NCBI GenBank assembly: GCA_032718475.1
Contig: JAUCBJ010001928.1
Location: forward strand, 7,266-71,265
Direction: 5' to 3'
DNA from: Nemertoderma westbladi
Lineage: Eukaryota; Animalia; Xenacoelomorpha
Length of the DNA stretch: 64,000 bases
Shown here in pieces: positions 50,051-63,000 of the stretch. A model generated the notes under the pieces. That model had not been told where the DNA came from. It did not search any database and worked only from the letters and a program-made list of their open reading frames with translations. Position 1 is the first letter of the stretch. Each line of letters starts with the position of its first letter. The translations under genes and the position numbers were made by a program.

Positions 50051-50492
50051 ACTACTACTACTACTACTAGGATTGGCATCTGCATTGCATTGCAGCTGCA
50101 TTTTTAAGAATGCTGTGCCGGCCTGTTGACAAAATTTCGCCGCCACAGCTCCCTATCACCCATGACATTTGCTAGATCATCCGCATCTTCATGACCAGTG
50201 TCCTTTAAGATGCATCTCAAGAAAGTCATGGGCTGTCCACCATGCTTATTCACTCCATGAGGCTGCCAAAGTACAAGATTATGCACTGGCTGGTCCTCAC
50301 GGCGAAAGCAATGTCCTGCAAAGCGAAGGCGGCTTTGTTCTAGTATCAAGCTTGGGGGAACCAATGAGACACCTCCAATGTTATGTAGTGTCTGGTTGGA
50401 GATGTGTGCATTGTACTTGACACAATGAACCCGGCGTGCAGCATTCTTGTGAATGTGCCATCCAGGGATTGGGTGTCCTCAGCAGTTAGAGC
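50051..50492 (-). mobile_element. Second, 5'-truncated copy of the same RTE family
   Basis: Highly similar to 25450-25885 (LRFAGHCFRREDQPVHNLVLWQP...PAQHS*); (TAG)n tail. Confidence 0.92.
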
Positions 50493-50859
50493 AACTACAG
50501 TAGTCTGTATATCGAAGTGACATATCTGGATATAGTTGATAGGTGCTAAAATGCATAACGGGCAACAATCAGCAACAACGGGCAATAATAAAAGTACAAC
50601 AATGAGCAAAGTAAAACAATGAGCAACAACGTGTAACAATGAGCAAAATGAGTAACAACGAGTAACACAGTGTGTTACAACGAGCAACAATGGGAACAAT
50701 GATTATACTCAGCCTGACAACAATAAGTAACATAGTAACTGTAATACAGTAACAAGTAATACACCAGACTGCAATATGTACTGTAAATTACACCAACTGG
50801 ATACATTAATTTTGCAGTATAATGTACAGTATCCCATTAATCCAGAATATACACCATGT

Positions 50860-53410
50860 CCTGGCCGTGAATATAGTGTCGTTATTTAGGAACATATTGA
50901 ATGTGAGGTTGTCGAATAACATATAGGAAAGATGGTAATTTTTCGGACCTCATCTGTACGTAAACGTAAACACCATAGAATAATATTGATAATGATTCCC
51001 TATGTAAAACCATGACAATAAATTAGCTGTAACGCGACAATTAGCCGTAGCGCGACTTTTAGAGTAGCCGTACCGCGAATTTGATAGTCGCGTTATGGCT
51101 CCTCTCCCAAAAAATTAGTCGTAACGCGACAGTAGCCGTAACGCGACGACACCTATTGAATAGGCCTCCTGTATATTGCAGGGATTTTACAGTGGGTTTC
51201 ACTGGATAACCATAACCAAGGCAACTGCTGAAATAAACAAATATGCTGTCTATCTTTAATTCTCAAGGTGAGCTTTGAAATTTCAAGTTTCATCTTGACT
51301 AAGTATTGCTTTGAGGTAACTCACTTGACTTAAACTCAAGAAAATCTTAGTCGAGGTAAATCTTGAAGTTGATTTCAAGGTCAATCTCAAGATTTTTTGA
51401 GTTAACCGGTCCAGATAAGTGGGATCGGCGTAACAAGCATTTTAATGACAATCCAAATTTGTCATATATGGCATACAAACACCAACATAGGACATAGAAG
51501 TACCACCAGTAGTAATTTAATATGAATGCGTCGTTTGGATGAAGACTAGAAGATTTTATGAAGAGATACTGGTACTTCATATCAAATCACAAGTTTTTAC
51601 AGTATGTAAGTAAACTGAAAGCATGTGAAATTAAGTCAACCACTTCTATGTTTATCCAGTCTGCCACTTCCAAGTTTGGTGCGGTGGATCTCAAGCAAAT
51701 TGGGTGATTTTGACACAGCGAATGTTTTAATTGTTCAGAATTGTCCGAAGTCAGAAGAAGTACGTTTTATCAGAACTATTTAAGGTCATTTTTGTCAGGT
51801 TAAGAATTGCCTGGGCCAAAATATGAAAATATATAGAATTCGGTTCACAGAACTATATATAATAAATATCCAATCATAAATTAATCATAATTTCAGTTAG
51901 TAATGATGTTAGTTAAAAATCATAATATTGGATAGGTAATTAAAAAAACGTTTTATATAGGCCTACAATTTATTGCAATTTCAAACTCATGAGAATATAA
52001 TCATAATAATCATATTAATAATCATAATTATGTATCTAGCTACATTTAATTATGATTGCAATTTAATAGTAATTGCATATTACTTCCTTAAAAATAATTA
52101 CCTAATAATGGAGATAATGTTAATATATTAATTTGTACCTATATTTAATTATTATTACAATTTCAACCACTAGTGGTGCTACATGAGCTAAGTTAAACAA
52201 GCACATTAATATTATTATTATTATAACTAAATAGTTCAACAACAACAATATAAACAAGACTGGTATATCACAGTGTATGGGTCTCTCACAGGGAAGCACA
52301 GATTACAGCAGCAGTAAGTTGCTAGATTTAAGCTACAGGAGTGCAGAGAAGTGCTGGGCGTTACGGCTAATGCTGCGTTACGGCTAATTCTTCGGGAGAG
52401 TTGTGGTAACGCAACTTTCAAAGTCGCGGTACGGCTAATCTATTGTCTTGGTTTTGCCAGATAGGGGGGTAAACTGGACGCAATAAAAATTCATCCCTCT
52501 CCAGGGGAAATTGGACGCAAATAACAGTTGATTACTCTCAAAAATAAAACTGTAACCTGTTCTATTGTGTTTAGTTTATTGTTTTGGTTAAAATATAGTG
52601 CCACTGTAACCTGCTCCTTTCCCTAAATTGAGAATTTAACATTGAGGCGGGATATTAATTCGCCAAGGCGGGTTTTGCGTCGAGTTTCCCCCCTGTCTCT
52701 CGGTTTTACATAGGGAATCATTATCAATATTATTCTATAGTGTATACGTACAGAAGATCTCAAAAAAAAAATGTAATAATGTTTTACAGCATGAGAGTAT
52801 CCGGGGGGGGGGGGGGGGGGGGGTGTTACCATCTTTCCTATGTTCTTCGACAACCTAACATCCTTAGATACAGTCTCAAGCACAGGTACAGATTACGTTC
52901 AGATATGAATTTACTTTCATTTTGTCATTCCCCAGCTGCTTCGTGGTGATCCCGACTGGCATGTTGGTGTAGTGAACCACCTTTTCGTGGCCGAACCATT
53001 TTCTATCCAACACGTAATTTGTGCAATATTTCGGCAATATACTGATATACTCATGTATTCCGGTATACCTACGGTACTGTGGTACTCAATACTTATACAG
53101 CAATAATTATACAGTAATTAGAAAATTAAGTTTTATTATTACAATCCCCCCCCCCCCCCTCTGGATACTCCCAGGTTGTAAAACATTATTACATTACATT
53201 TTTCGGACCTCATCTGTACGTAAACGCCATAGAATAACATTGATAATGATTCCCTATGTAAGACCAAGACAATAGATTAGCCGTAACGCGACAAGTAGCC
53301 ATAAATTTTAGAGTAGCCGTACCTCGACTTTCAAAGTCGCGTTACGGCTACTCTGAAAATTAGCCATAACGCGACTTTCTGTAGAGCGACAGTAGCCGTA
53401 CCGCCACTGT
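50860..53410. repeat. Cluster of a repeat family with TAGCCGTAACGCGAC subunits in both orientations
   Basis: Copies at about 50860-51150 (+), 52340-52460 (-), 52700-52860 (-) and 53150-53410 (+). Confidence 0.75.
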
Positions 53411-54470
53411 GTGCCGTGCTGGGGTTTTGACAGTGAAATTCGACCGCGACCATTATTGTATAGAGCCTCGCTCAATGCTGCTTATTGTGCTGTACAATGT
53501 ACATGCCATGCACCCTGTGTAACATTAGGTATGCATAACATTCAGTGATCGAGTCTCCTTTACAATTTGTTACATAATTTAATAAATGTTATTTATTGTT
53601 ACTTAAATTAATTTGATCTAAATGTTTCTGTACCTTTATTGTTTGTACTGTTAGTGAATTAAATTGTTGTTTTCTGCAATTCTTTATCCATGTGTTTTCC
53701 AATTTTATCCAATTCTTTATCGAAGATGTTCTTTCTTCTACTATATATGCAAGTATAAGCATATTGCAGTTTTTTCCAACACAAAAAAAGCTCAGAGGTT
53801 ATGCGATTTTGTGAATTATACAATATTCTTTGGCAGTTGTATCCACTAGAAGATTATCAGCATCACAGCCATTCCAAGCAAAAGTGAACATTTTGGTGAA
53901 AAATAAAAGTACTTAGAAATGCTTTTTTTTGTTTTGGTTGCAAACATATTGTGCTTCATAAAACTGTTTTCAAATGTTCCATAACCCTCGCCAATTTTTT
54001 ACAGTGTCGGCAATATGAGACAAAAAAATTTCGGAAATTCAATATTTTTGGCATAATTGCAAAAAACCAAAGTGGCATGATCTTTACCAAACTGACAATG
54101 CCATATATTTTTCAGAATCTTATATCTATGTAGTAAATAACCATGTTGGTTAAATAATGTACAACTAATAAATATTTTTCTAATAGCATTGTAATGAGTG
54201 GATGGAAAATATATCATGACCGTTGCGCTAACGAGCAATCCAATATTATTGGATATCCAATATTATATATGGATAGGTACTCTGCAGTACTGCTACCGCT
54301 GCTAATTATAAGTACAGCAATGCCTGACTGCTGATAGGCCTATCAACTATGGTCTGTGCTGGGCTGAAGCCTCATTAATTTTCCAAACTTCCACCAAGTT
54401 ACATGCTGGCTGGTCTGCCCTTGAAACGAATACCAACATGATGAATAATTTGTAACCCAATCCAACTACA

Positions 54471-55724
54471 ATGACGAAATCCGGTCGACATAAACGGAGG
54501 CAGTCTTCATCATCGGGAACTTATTCAGGTAACAACAACATTGGCTTTACATTGCATGACGAACTGGATAAACAAAGTTCTAGACTAGATGGATTTGAGG
54601 AAAGCTTCGAAGGCCTTCAATCTAAATTGTCTGGAATTATAATCTCTGAAATTAACAAACATACCGGTAAAGAGCGGACTTATTCACCTTCGAGTGGATC
54701 CGATAAAAACACCTTCGACCACTCCAATAACAGAGCAGGCCCAATTACAACTAGGCCTAAAAGGACCGATAATGATGCTGTTTTCGTTTGTGACGCTATT
54801 TCCTCTAATGACAGTGGGTCTGATGAATCTACTGGAACCGCTCAACCATTTCTTGGCTTCTCCGATTCCGACAAGGACGCCCTAATTGTTGCAATACAAG
54901 AAAATGTCAACTTCGAATTAGAAGCTATGAAGGGAACACTTGAGGATATCCGACGAGAGTTTAACAGGTTACGTGATTCTTCTATCACGCAATTGGATGA
55001 CATTGAGCAGTACTCGCGTCGAAATTGTATCCTTATACACGGAGTTCCTCAGACAACAGAAGAATCTTCTGAAGATAAAACCTTTGAAGTTGTTAAATCG
55101 TTCCTGAAGGACAATCTTCTGCTTGACATTGGAGAACACGAGTTTGATCGGTGTCATCGTCTGGGGCGTCGTGACATTGTGGCTGGGTCTGGTAACGCTA
55201 GTAACGCTGAGAAGTATGGTACTAAAGCCAATATTAAACACGCGCCGATCATAGTAAAGTTTGTCCGCTATAGAGTACGAGCGAAAGTTTTCTCTCAAGC
55301 CCACCGCCTCCGGAATACTGGTTTCTATGTCACCGAATCATTGACATCATTCCGATCGGGGCTACTTCGAGATGTTCGCACTAAGGGGATTGGTTGGTCC
55401 CGTGATGGACGGATTTTCGCTATGGGAACCGCAAATCGACCTGTTCTTATCACTGCTAGAAGTGATGTGTCATTGGTTAAGGAATTCACGGAAGAAGATC
55501 GAAAAGTTCGTCGACAACTCCTGAATGCCAATAGCAAACAAAAGTCTACGAAACCTTCCGTTGGTCCTACTGTTGAGATGAAAGATAAACCAAATCCTGC
55601 TCCAGGCCCAGCTGCACATCGAGCTACACCGAAAACCAATCCTATAACCAATCCTATAAAAATCCCTAATATTGGGAAAGCAAACTTATCTCCCAAAGTC
55701 ATTGGAAAGAAATCCGTCAAATAA
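54471..55724 (+). CDS. LINE ORF1 (coiled coil plus RRM-like, CR1/L2-type)
   Basis: LDDIEQYSRRNCILIHGVP, DRCHRLG, PIIVKF and YVTESLT motifs. Confidence 0.88.
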   Translation: MTKSGRHKRRQSSSSGTYSGNNNIGFTLHDELDKQSSRLDGFEESFEGLQSKLSGIIISEINKHTGKERTYSPSSGSDKNTFDHSNNRAGPITTRPKRTDNDAVFVCDAISSNDSGSDESTGTAQPFLGFSDSDKDALIVAIQENVNFELEAMKGTLEDIRREFNRLRDSSITQLDDIEQYSRRNCILIHGVPQTTEESSEDKTFEVVKSFLKDNLLLDIGEHEFDRCHRLGRRDIVAGSGNASNAEKYGTKANIKHAPIIVKFVRYRVRAKVFSQAHRLRNTGFYVTESLTSFRSGLLRDVRTKGIGWSRDGRIFAMGTANRPVLITARSDVSLVKEFTEEDRKVRRQLLNANSKQKSTKPSVGPTVEMKDKPNPAPGPAAHRATPKTNPITNPIKIPNIGKANLSPKVIGKKSVK

Positions 55725-56744
55725 GGTTACAATATTTCACAATAAAACAAACAAGGTTAATTTAATTTATTTGCCCACAACGCCAGTGTGAATAATACTA
55801 ACAAATAAATAGATTTGTTATATTTTATATGCCATATATGTACTCAATTATTTTAATCATATTATTCAGCATGTAAATAAATAAATAAATTTGTACTATT
55901 TAGCATGTAAGTAAATAAATATGTACTTATCATTTTATCAATCAAACTAACAAGGCCGTTAAAATCTAATAGATTATTTTATTACTATCAACAAAATACT
56001 ATGTATGATAATAATTATACAAACAAACTATTTACGTATCATATAATCGTAATAATGCTTGCAAAATTATCGCACAATTATAGCTCCACCCCTTGGCTTA
56101 ATCTAATAAGGCATTTTTGTTTGTATATTACAATATGTTATTTAACAAAAGAACATTATAATACACTTGTACAAAACACAGGAGTATTGTAATATATTAT
56201 TTGTGTAAGGCCCCTTTAATAGTAATTCAAGTATATTACCCACAAAGCTCAAATTAGTTTAAAACATGGCCCGGCATGGACCGTAATAATCAGGCATATC
56301 TCGTTATACAGACTAACTTTACTTGAACCTTGATCTTTATTTGTATCTCGTATTATTTTTTTTTGTGTGTGCTTGTCTAGATAGGTTGTTTAGTGATTAT
56401 TTTGTAGTATATTGTAACTTTAGGTTTTTAGCGGTATTGTATAGGTAATAAGGGAGCAACTGGGAGGGTACTTTAGTACTTTGCTATTGCTTTTAGTACT
56501 TTTGTTTTGCTTTTTGTTTTTGTTGTTTGGACTTTGACTCATTCAAACTGTTCTTTATAGGTATCTGTAGTTTACTTTCTTATTTAGTTAGTCTCAGTAG
56601 GAAGGCCTAATTATATTGCATGACTTCCTATATTCAGTAGTGTAGATAAAAATCACACCTAAATTTTTCTAGTTGTAGTTGTTCCTCCTCTATACATTTT
56701 TTAGAGGGGATTTGCTTTCATCTTTAAACTGGTACCAACTTCAA

Positions 56745-59700
56745 ATGCTCGAGAAATGCCAAAAATGTACTAAAAATATAAATTCTAACAATAAGAAAGT
56801 ATTACACTGTTGGATATGTAACGCAAAATATCACGTTAAGTGTTTTTCCTTAATAAAAAAAGATATTGATTTTTTTCTTTCGAATTCACGATGGATCTGT
56901 ACAAATTGTATTGTTAATATTTTTCCCTTTCAAAACATTGAAGACGATTCAGAATATTTATTATCAATTAATGACTATCGTCTACCATCCATTATAAATA
57001 GAGATCTATTAAATTCTAGTATAGCGAACTTTTTCACCACAGATGAAAGAGATGGAAATGGAGTAGATGGACAGCTGGACCCAGACACTAATTTTTATCA
57101 TAATATTAAATGCGACTACCATTCTGATTTTTCACTTCTTAATAATTCTTCTAAATTTTCCTTTATGCACACCAATATTCGTAGTCTCAACAAGAATTTA
57201 GATAATCTCGCATACATGCTACAATGCATATCTGAGCCCCCACGAATTATTGGCATAACTGAAACTTGGCAAAATAATCTCAATCATGATTCCTTTGCCT
57301 TAAAAAACTACGACTTTGAATATGATTATAGAAAAAATCAAAATGGTGGTGGAACTGGTATATATATTCATAATTCGCTTAATTATATTAAGCGAAATGA
57401 TCTCAATATATTCAATTCAGGCCTGTTTGAATCTACATTTATAGAATGGCAACGAGGGTCTAATAAAAATATTATATTTGGTTGCATTTATCGCCCGCCT
57501 AACTCAGATTTGGAGGAATTTCTCAAATTACTCAGTTCAACCTTAACAAAAATCAACAATGAAGGTAAAATTTGTTATCTTATGGGTGATTTCAACATAA
57601 ATATACTGCATATAAACACATCACCAATAGCGCATACATTTTTTGAAACCATATCATCTCACTGTTTTTTGCCCGTAATAAATAAGCCTACGCGAATAAC
57701 AGACACGACCTCAACCGCAATAGACAACATTCTAACAAATGATTATTCAACTATTTGCGAATCAGGTATAATTATAGCAGATATATCTGACCACCTTCCT
57801 ATTTTTGCAATCTGTGATATTGCGCATAATTCCGTACCACCACCACCAAATTTCTACACTAAAAGGGACACCTCCGATTCTAATATAAATAAATTTTTGA
57901 ACGCTCTTGGCAATAAATCAAAACATAATGAATGGGAAACAATCCTGAATGAAACCGATGCAACTGAAGCGTACAACAAGTTTATATCAGAATACCAAAA
58001 TTTATTTGTGCTAAACTTTCCATTTAAACAATTTAAATTAATAAACATTGAAAAACCATGGATAACAAATTCTATTTATGCTTGTATCAAAAGGAAACAA
58101 AAATTATTTTCCTCATTCATAAAAACTAAAACGGAAGAAACAAAGACATCTTACACGAAATATAAAAATTTACTAACAACTTTAATCCGAAACTCAAAAA
58201 AACGTCATTTTTCACATCTCTTTGAAAAATTTAAATATAATATTAGTCAAACCTGGAATACTATAAAAGTACTTACTAATAGGAACAAGTCGTCTAGCTA
58301 TCCATCTACTTTCCTAGTCAGGTCAAAATTGGAGGAAGATGAATATTGTATTTCAAATGCATTTAATAACCACTATGTATCTGTCGGAGAAAAACTTGCA
58401 AGTAAAATTCCAACTACAGATAGACCCGTGGCCACATTCCTGAAAAACCCAACCCTAAATTCAATGTTTTTGGATACCATTTCTGAAAATGATTTACTGA
58501 AATGTGCAATGTCTTTGAATAATAAAAAGTCAATCGGGCTTGATGGCGTTGATCCAGTATTAGCACGGTCAGCACTTCCAAAAATTGCAACTCCCTTAAC
58601 GCACATAATTAATTTATCTTTACTCACAGGTGTTGTGCCAGACCAATTAAAATGCGCTAAAGTTGTACCAGTATTTAAAAGGGGTAATAAAAATATAATA
58701 ACAAACTATCGTCCAATTAGCGTACTACCATATTTCTCAAAAATCCTTGAAAAAATTGTAAGCATACAACTCCTCGAATTTATTAAAAGAGAAAAAATAT
58801 TAACCTCAAAACAGTTTGGCTTCCAAACTAAAAAATCAACTGAAACTGCGCTTTCATCTCTGTTACATGACCTTTTGACTGAAAACGAGAATAATAATAT
58901 CACTGTGGGTCTGTTCCTGGACCTCTCTAAGGCGTTTGATACTGTCAACCATAAAATATTAATTCAAAAACTCGAACACTACGGTATTCGTGGGACGCCT
59001 TTGGATTGGTTCAGGAGCTACCTAACAGATCGTCGGCAAAAAGTGCTATTTAAATCGACCCTATCAAATTCTAGTACAATAACTTGTGGCGTTCCACAAG
59101 GGTCTATTCTTGGACCGGTACTATTTCTGATTTATATTAATGATATTACAGAATGTTCATCCATTCTAAATTTTGTTCTTTTTGCCGATGACACGAATAT
59201 TTTCCACTCAGGATCTGACTTAAATATACTCATAGATCAACTTAACAGCGAATTACTTAATATATATAAATGGCTTGCAACAAATAAACTATCCCTAAAT
59301 TTAGATAAAACTAAGTTTATAATATTTTCTACTAAACAATACAGCTGGGCAAACAAACACATTTTGATTAACGGAAACTTAATCGAAAAAGTAAATGAAA
59401 TGAAATTTCTTGGAATTATTATAAGTAGTGATTTAAAATGGAACAAGCATATTCAATACATACGACTAAAAATAGCTAAAAATGTGGGAATTCTTGGTAA
59501 ACTTAAACATTTCATCCCGTACAAAATTCGCCTGACATTATACCACACACTGATCCGCCCATATCTCACATTCGCACTTACGGTATGGGGCAATGGTGCC
59601 AGTTCAAATAGTACAGCTACAAATTCATTACTTATTTTACAAAAAAGGGCAATTCGCTACATACACTTAAAACATTCACAATACCATACAGAGGAACTCA

Positions 59701-60035
59701 TGAAAACCCAGAACGAATTAACACTATCTAATATATATAAATATCAATGTTTACTTTTCATGTACAAATCTATTAATGGAAAACTAGATCTTCCAGAAAA
59801 TTTAAAATCTATTTTAATAGTAAATCGACAGTTTCACAATTACAACACTCGTACAATGTACAATATTCATCTTCCTCTATATCGCAAATCATTAACTCAA
59901 ACTGCAGTAACTTACCAAGGCCCACTATACTGGAATGACCTTCTCCCTGAAATACGCAGATCTCCTACATTAAATCAATTCAAAAATAATCTCAAAAAAG
60001 AATTACTGACTTCCCAACACAAGGTAAACAAATAA
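56745..60035 (+). CDS. CR1-type LINE ORF2: PHD finger, APE endonuclease and reverse transcriptase, intact
   Basis: CQKC...CWIC...YHVKC...WICTNC; NIRSL, ITETW, IYRPP, GDFN, IDN, SDH; NYRPIS, LDLSKAFD, GVPQGS, FADD. First ATG at 56745. Confidence 0.93.
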   Translation: MLEKCQKCTKNINSNNKKVLHCWICNAKYHVKCFSLIKKDIDFFLSNSRWICTNCIVNIFPFQNIEDDSEYLLSINDYRLPSIINRDLLNSSIANFFTTDERDGNGVDGQLDPDTNFYHNIKCDYHSDFSLLNNSSKFSFMHTNIRSLNKNLDNLAYMLQCISEPPRIIGITETWQNNLNHDSFALKNYDFEYDYRKNQNGGGTGIYIHNSLNYIKRNDLNIFNSGLFESTFIEWQRGSNKNIIFGCIYRPPNSDLEEFLKLLSSTLTKINNEGKICYLMGDFNINILHINTSPIAHTFFETISSHCFLPVINKPTRITDTTSTAIDNILTNDYSTICESGIIIADISDHLPIFAICDIAHNSVPPPPNFYTKRDTSDSNINKFLNALGNKSKHNEWETILNETDATEAYNKFISEYQNLFVLNFPFKQFKLINIEKPWITNSIYACIKRKQKLFSSFIKTKTEETKTSYTKYKNLLTTLIRNSKKRHFSHLFEKFKYNISQTWNTIKVLTNRNKSSSYPSTFLVRSKLEEDEYCISNAFNNHYVSVGEKLASKIPTTDRPVATFLKNPTLNSMFLDTISENDLLKCAMSLNNKKSIGLDGVDPVLARSALPKIATPLTHIINLSLLTGVVPDQLKCAKVVPVFKRGNKNIITNYRPISVLPYFSKILEKIVSIQLLEFIKREKILTSKQFGFQTKKSTETALSSLLHDLLTENENNNITVGLFLDLSKAFDTVNHKILIQKLEHYGIRGTPLDWFRSYLTDRRQKVLFKSTLSNSSTITCGVPQGSILGPVLFLIYINDITECSSILNFVLFADDTNIFHSGSDLNILIDQLNSELLNIYKWLATNKLSLNLDKTKFIIFSTKQYSWANKHILINGNLIEKVNEMKFLGIIISSDLKWNKHIQYIRLKIAKNVGILGKLKHFIPYKIRLTLYHTLIRPYLTFALTVWGNGASSNSTATNSLLILQKRAIRYIHLKHSQYHTEELMKTQNELTLSNIYKYQCLLFMYKSINGKLDLPENLKSILIVNRQFHNYNTRTMYNIHLPLYRKSLTQTAVTYQGPLYWNDLLPEIRRSPTLNQFKNNLKKELLTSQHKVNK

Positions 60036-63000
60036 AATACAGTATCTACTGTACATAAGCATAGATATTGTTCAATAAGGAATAAACAAAGACTGCCGAA
60101 CAGTGTAATACCAAAATACCAATGAGACATAACTTTATTATTTTATAAGCTTTTTAAGTGCCAAATAAGCTTGCTTCCGGCACCTTAACTAGCACGTTGG
60201 TACCAGGGGGGGGGGGGGGGGGGGGGGGGGTGTAGTTTTCTTTTTTTTTTATATTAATTGCATGTTATAATTATTCACTAAACATTATACAACGAATATT
60301 AAAGGCTTGGGCGGGCCGCTAAACCGTGCCTTATTATACATATACATTATACATATCCCCAAATCCCCCCGGCCATGATGGTTATAATAATTTATATATA
60401 TATCGTTAGGTGGTTTGTGTCAAATGTTTGAATCATATAGTTGAACTTGACTATTTGTTCCAGTTATACTGTAGTAATCAGTGTAACGGTCGTGACATTA
60501 ACATGTGTGAATATTATTAGCATGTATATTTCAAGGACCGAAAAATCTTATTTTTTACTCTCCCTTTTAGATTTGTAATATGATTCCACACAAAGTGATA
60601 ATTGTAATATTGGGCATACAAAGTTTTCTACTTAACTTATAATGTGCAATTCACTTTATGGCCATAACGGTTGTGACTACTAACTACTACTATAATCGGC
60701 CCGCTGCATTGAAACTGCACATTGAGATACTATGCCAGCTTAACAAAATATTTTGTCATCAAATTTAATTCAACTTCCTGCTGTTGAAGCCACACTTCAT
60801 TATATCGTACTCTTGCTTTTCCACCGATGTCGTCGATGGAGTTCGTCGTGGGAGCCAGGGAGGCACGCCATACTCCTTCCCAATTTTCTTTCCGTTTCCA
60901 CCTTTCCGTTTCTTTCCATTTCTCACCGTTTATATCGAGGCTCTTTCTGCTGTAAGTAACTGGGGGGCTGGGTTGCCTTGCAGGTGAATAATATGTTGTG
61001 TGAATATGGAGAATATATTTGTACAGATAGAATCTTTACCATCATATTTTATCTATTGCTACAGTGGGGAGAATCATTCCTTTGCATTGACTAGCCAACA
61101 ATTATTCATAATTCTCCGGAACTCCAGCTTGGAAAATAATAGCATATAAGAAAATAATAGAACAACATAAATTGAAAATTGGTAATAGAAGGGTTTCAGA
61201 ATTGATTTTAGGCGCTGCATAAGACTATAGGAGCAAAATGTAAGCATATCTTGGAGCAAAAACATACAGGCAGTGGCGAGGCAGATGGTCCTATATGAGG
61301 AGTCATTTTTTCAATTTTGTTAAGAGTTTCGTCCAACAATTTTAAAATTGGATTTAAAATTATTAAAATATTTACTGCCAATTTTAAAATGACCCTGACA
61401 AGACACCTGACTATTTTTACAGTTTGTTTTATGCAAAGTATAAATATTTCCTTCCAGCAGTTTCTAAATATAATATATTTTATTTATTCTTAGGTGAGTC
61501 CATAACAGGTTTAGTCCGGGGACCAATCCATCCATTTATCGAATATAGAAGACCATACAGTAAATTTATTGACATTACTATTTTTGAAATATGTAGTGAT
61601 TCCATCTGAAATAAGCTTTTCTGTGCAACTGCACTCAGGTACAGTATCAACAACTGCTATATCGTGTCAATTTCATAGTGAATCAAAGTATCCAAATGAA
61701 TAATTCACCATCAACTTATAATCCAACCAAACCGATGCCCCTCTATTGCTTTGCAATGTTCACCTTGTTCACTAATATCACAGCAACTTTGTTTCCAATC
61801 CTGCTTTCATCTGATTGTTGCCCTATTTAATTGACTTGCCCCGGTAGCAGATGTAAGGAGAAGCTGATCTGATGGTAGTGGTCTTCATTTAGTGGTAACT
61901 ATAATAAATAAATACATGAAATATATTATATATAAATATAGTATATACAAAATTTCATTAATTGAGATTTGTAGAACATTTTTTTTTTTTTTTGGGGGGG
62001 GGGGGGTGGGTGGGAGGCCATTTACTTGAATATAAAGACGCTATATATATTCAAGGACATTTTGTATGCAAATTGCAAATGTGTTTTACTTAGTTTCCAC
62101 ATTTTTTCCATGATAAATCCACTATTATTGCATCAAATTACCGGTACTGTAAATGTTCCCAAAATAAAAGTTTCTCACCTGTCAAGAAGTTCTCCCAAGT
62201 CTTATCTTCTAAGATCCCCATGGCCCCATAGAGGTTTCTCCTACATTCACTTTATATTTCAGTGCATTGTTAATTAGGTTTGGATACAACGTTGTCCTTT
62301 CATCGTCGAAAACCCAATATTCTGCAACATTATTCCGGTTTGCTCTACATCTACACATTATGATATGATTGCTGATCATACAATTATTCAAATATGACAA
62401 CACAAAACATATTTATGTTGTATGTTTTATATTTGGTCAGTGGGTATTAATTATTGAGCAGAGTAGAGTATAATATATAAACTATATAATATGCAAAGAT
62501 AGACCTATAGATAAAGATATTATATTCAAACATTTCAATTTATCAATTAGGGTTATATATTATTTAATTTTAATTTACATAAATACAGAAACGAAATAAA
62601 CATCACTGTTTTTGTAAGATGTTGGGAAACAAATGCACCACTGAAAATCGGCTAACTAATTATGTAGTTGTCAAGTATATGGCCCATTCCATAAAACCGT
62701 ACTCCATATCCTCCACTACGACTTGGTGTATGGGCTTGAGAATGTTGGCGATAATGATAATAACAGCTGGGCATTTCTCATGGCATTCATCACCTTTGGA
62801 CTTATTTTACGTATTTTGTTGATAGTTTCTCTAACCATAAGAATATCGTTAATATAATTCTTAAAGGCGAGGTGCAGGTCATGCATGAAGAAGCATCTGG
62901 CATTGGGCCATCTGTTGGTCGAGAGACCGTTCTAACAATATTGAGTGCATTACCGCGAGGGACAAGGTGTAACTTAGGTAAGAGCGACCAAGCCCCAATA

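Noticed and set aside
32819-62010. Scattered poly-G/poly-C runs
   Set aside because: Simple homopolymers associated with repeats; lengths are unreliable and there is no evidence of function.
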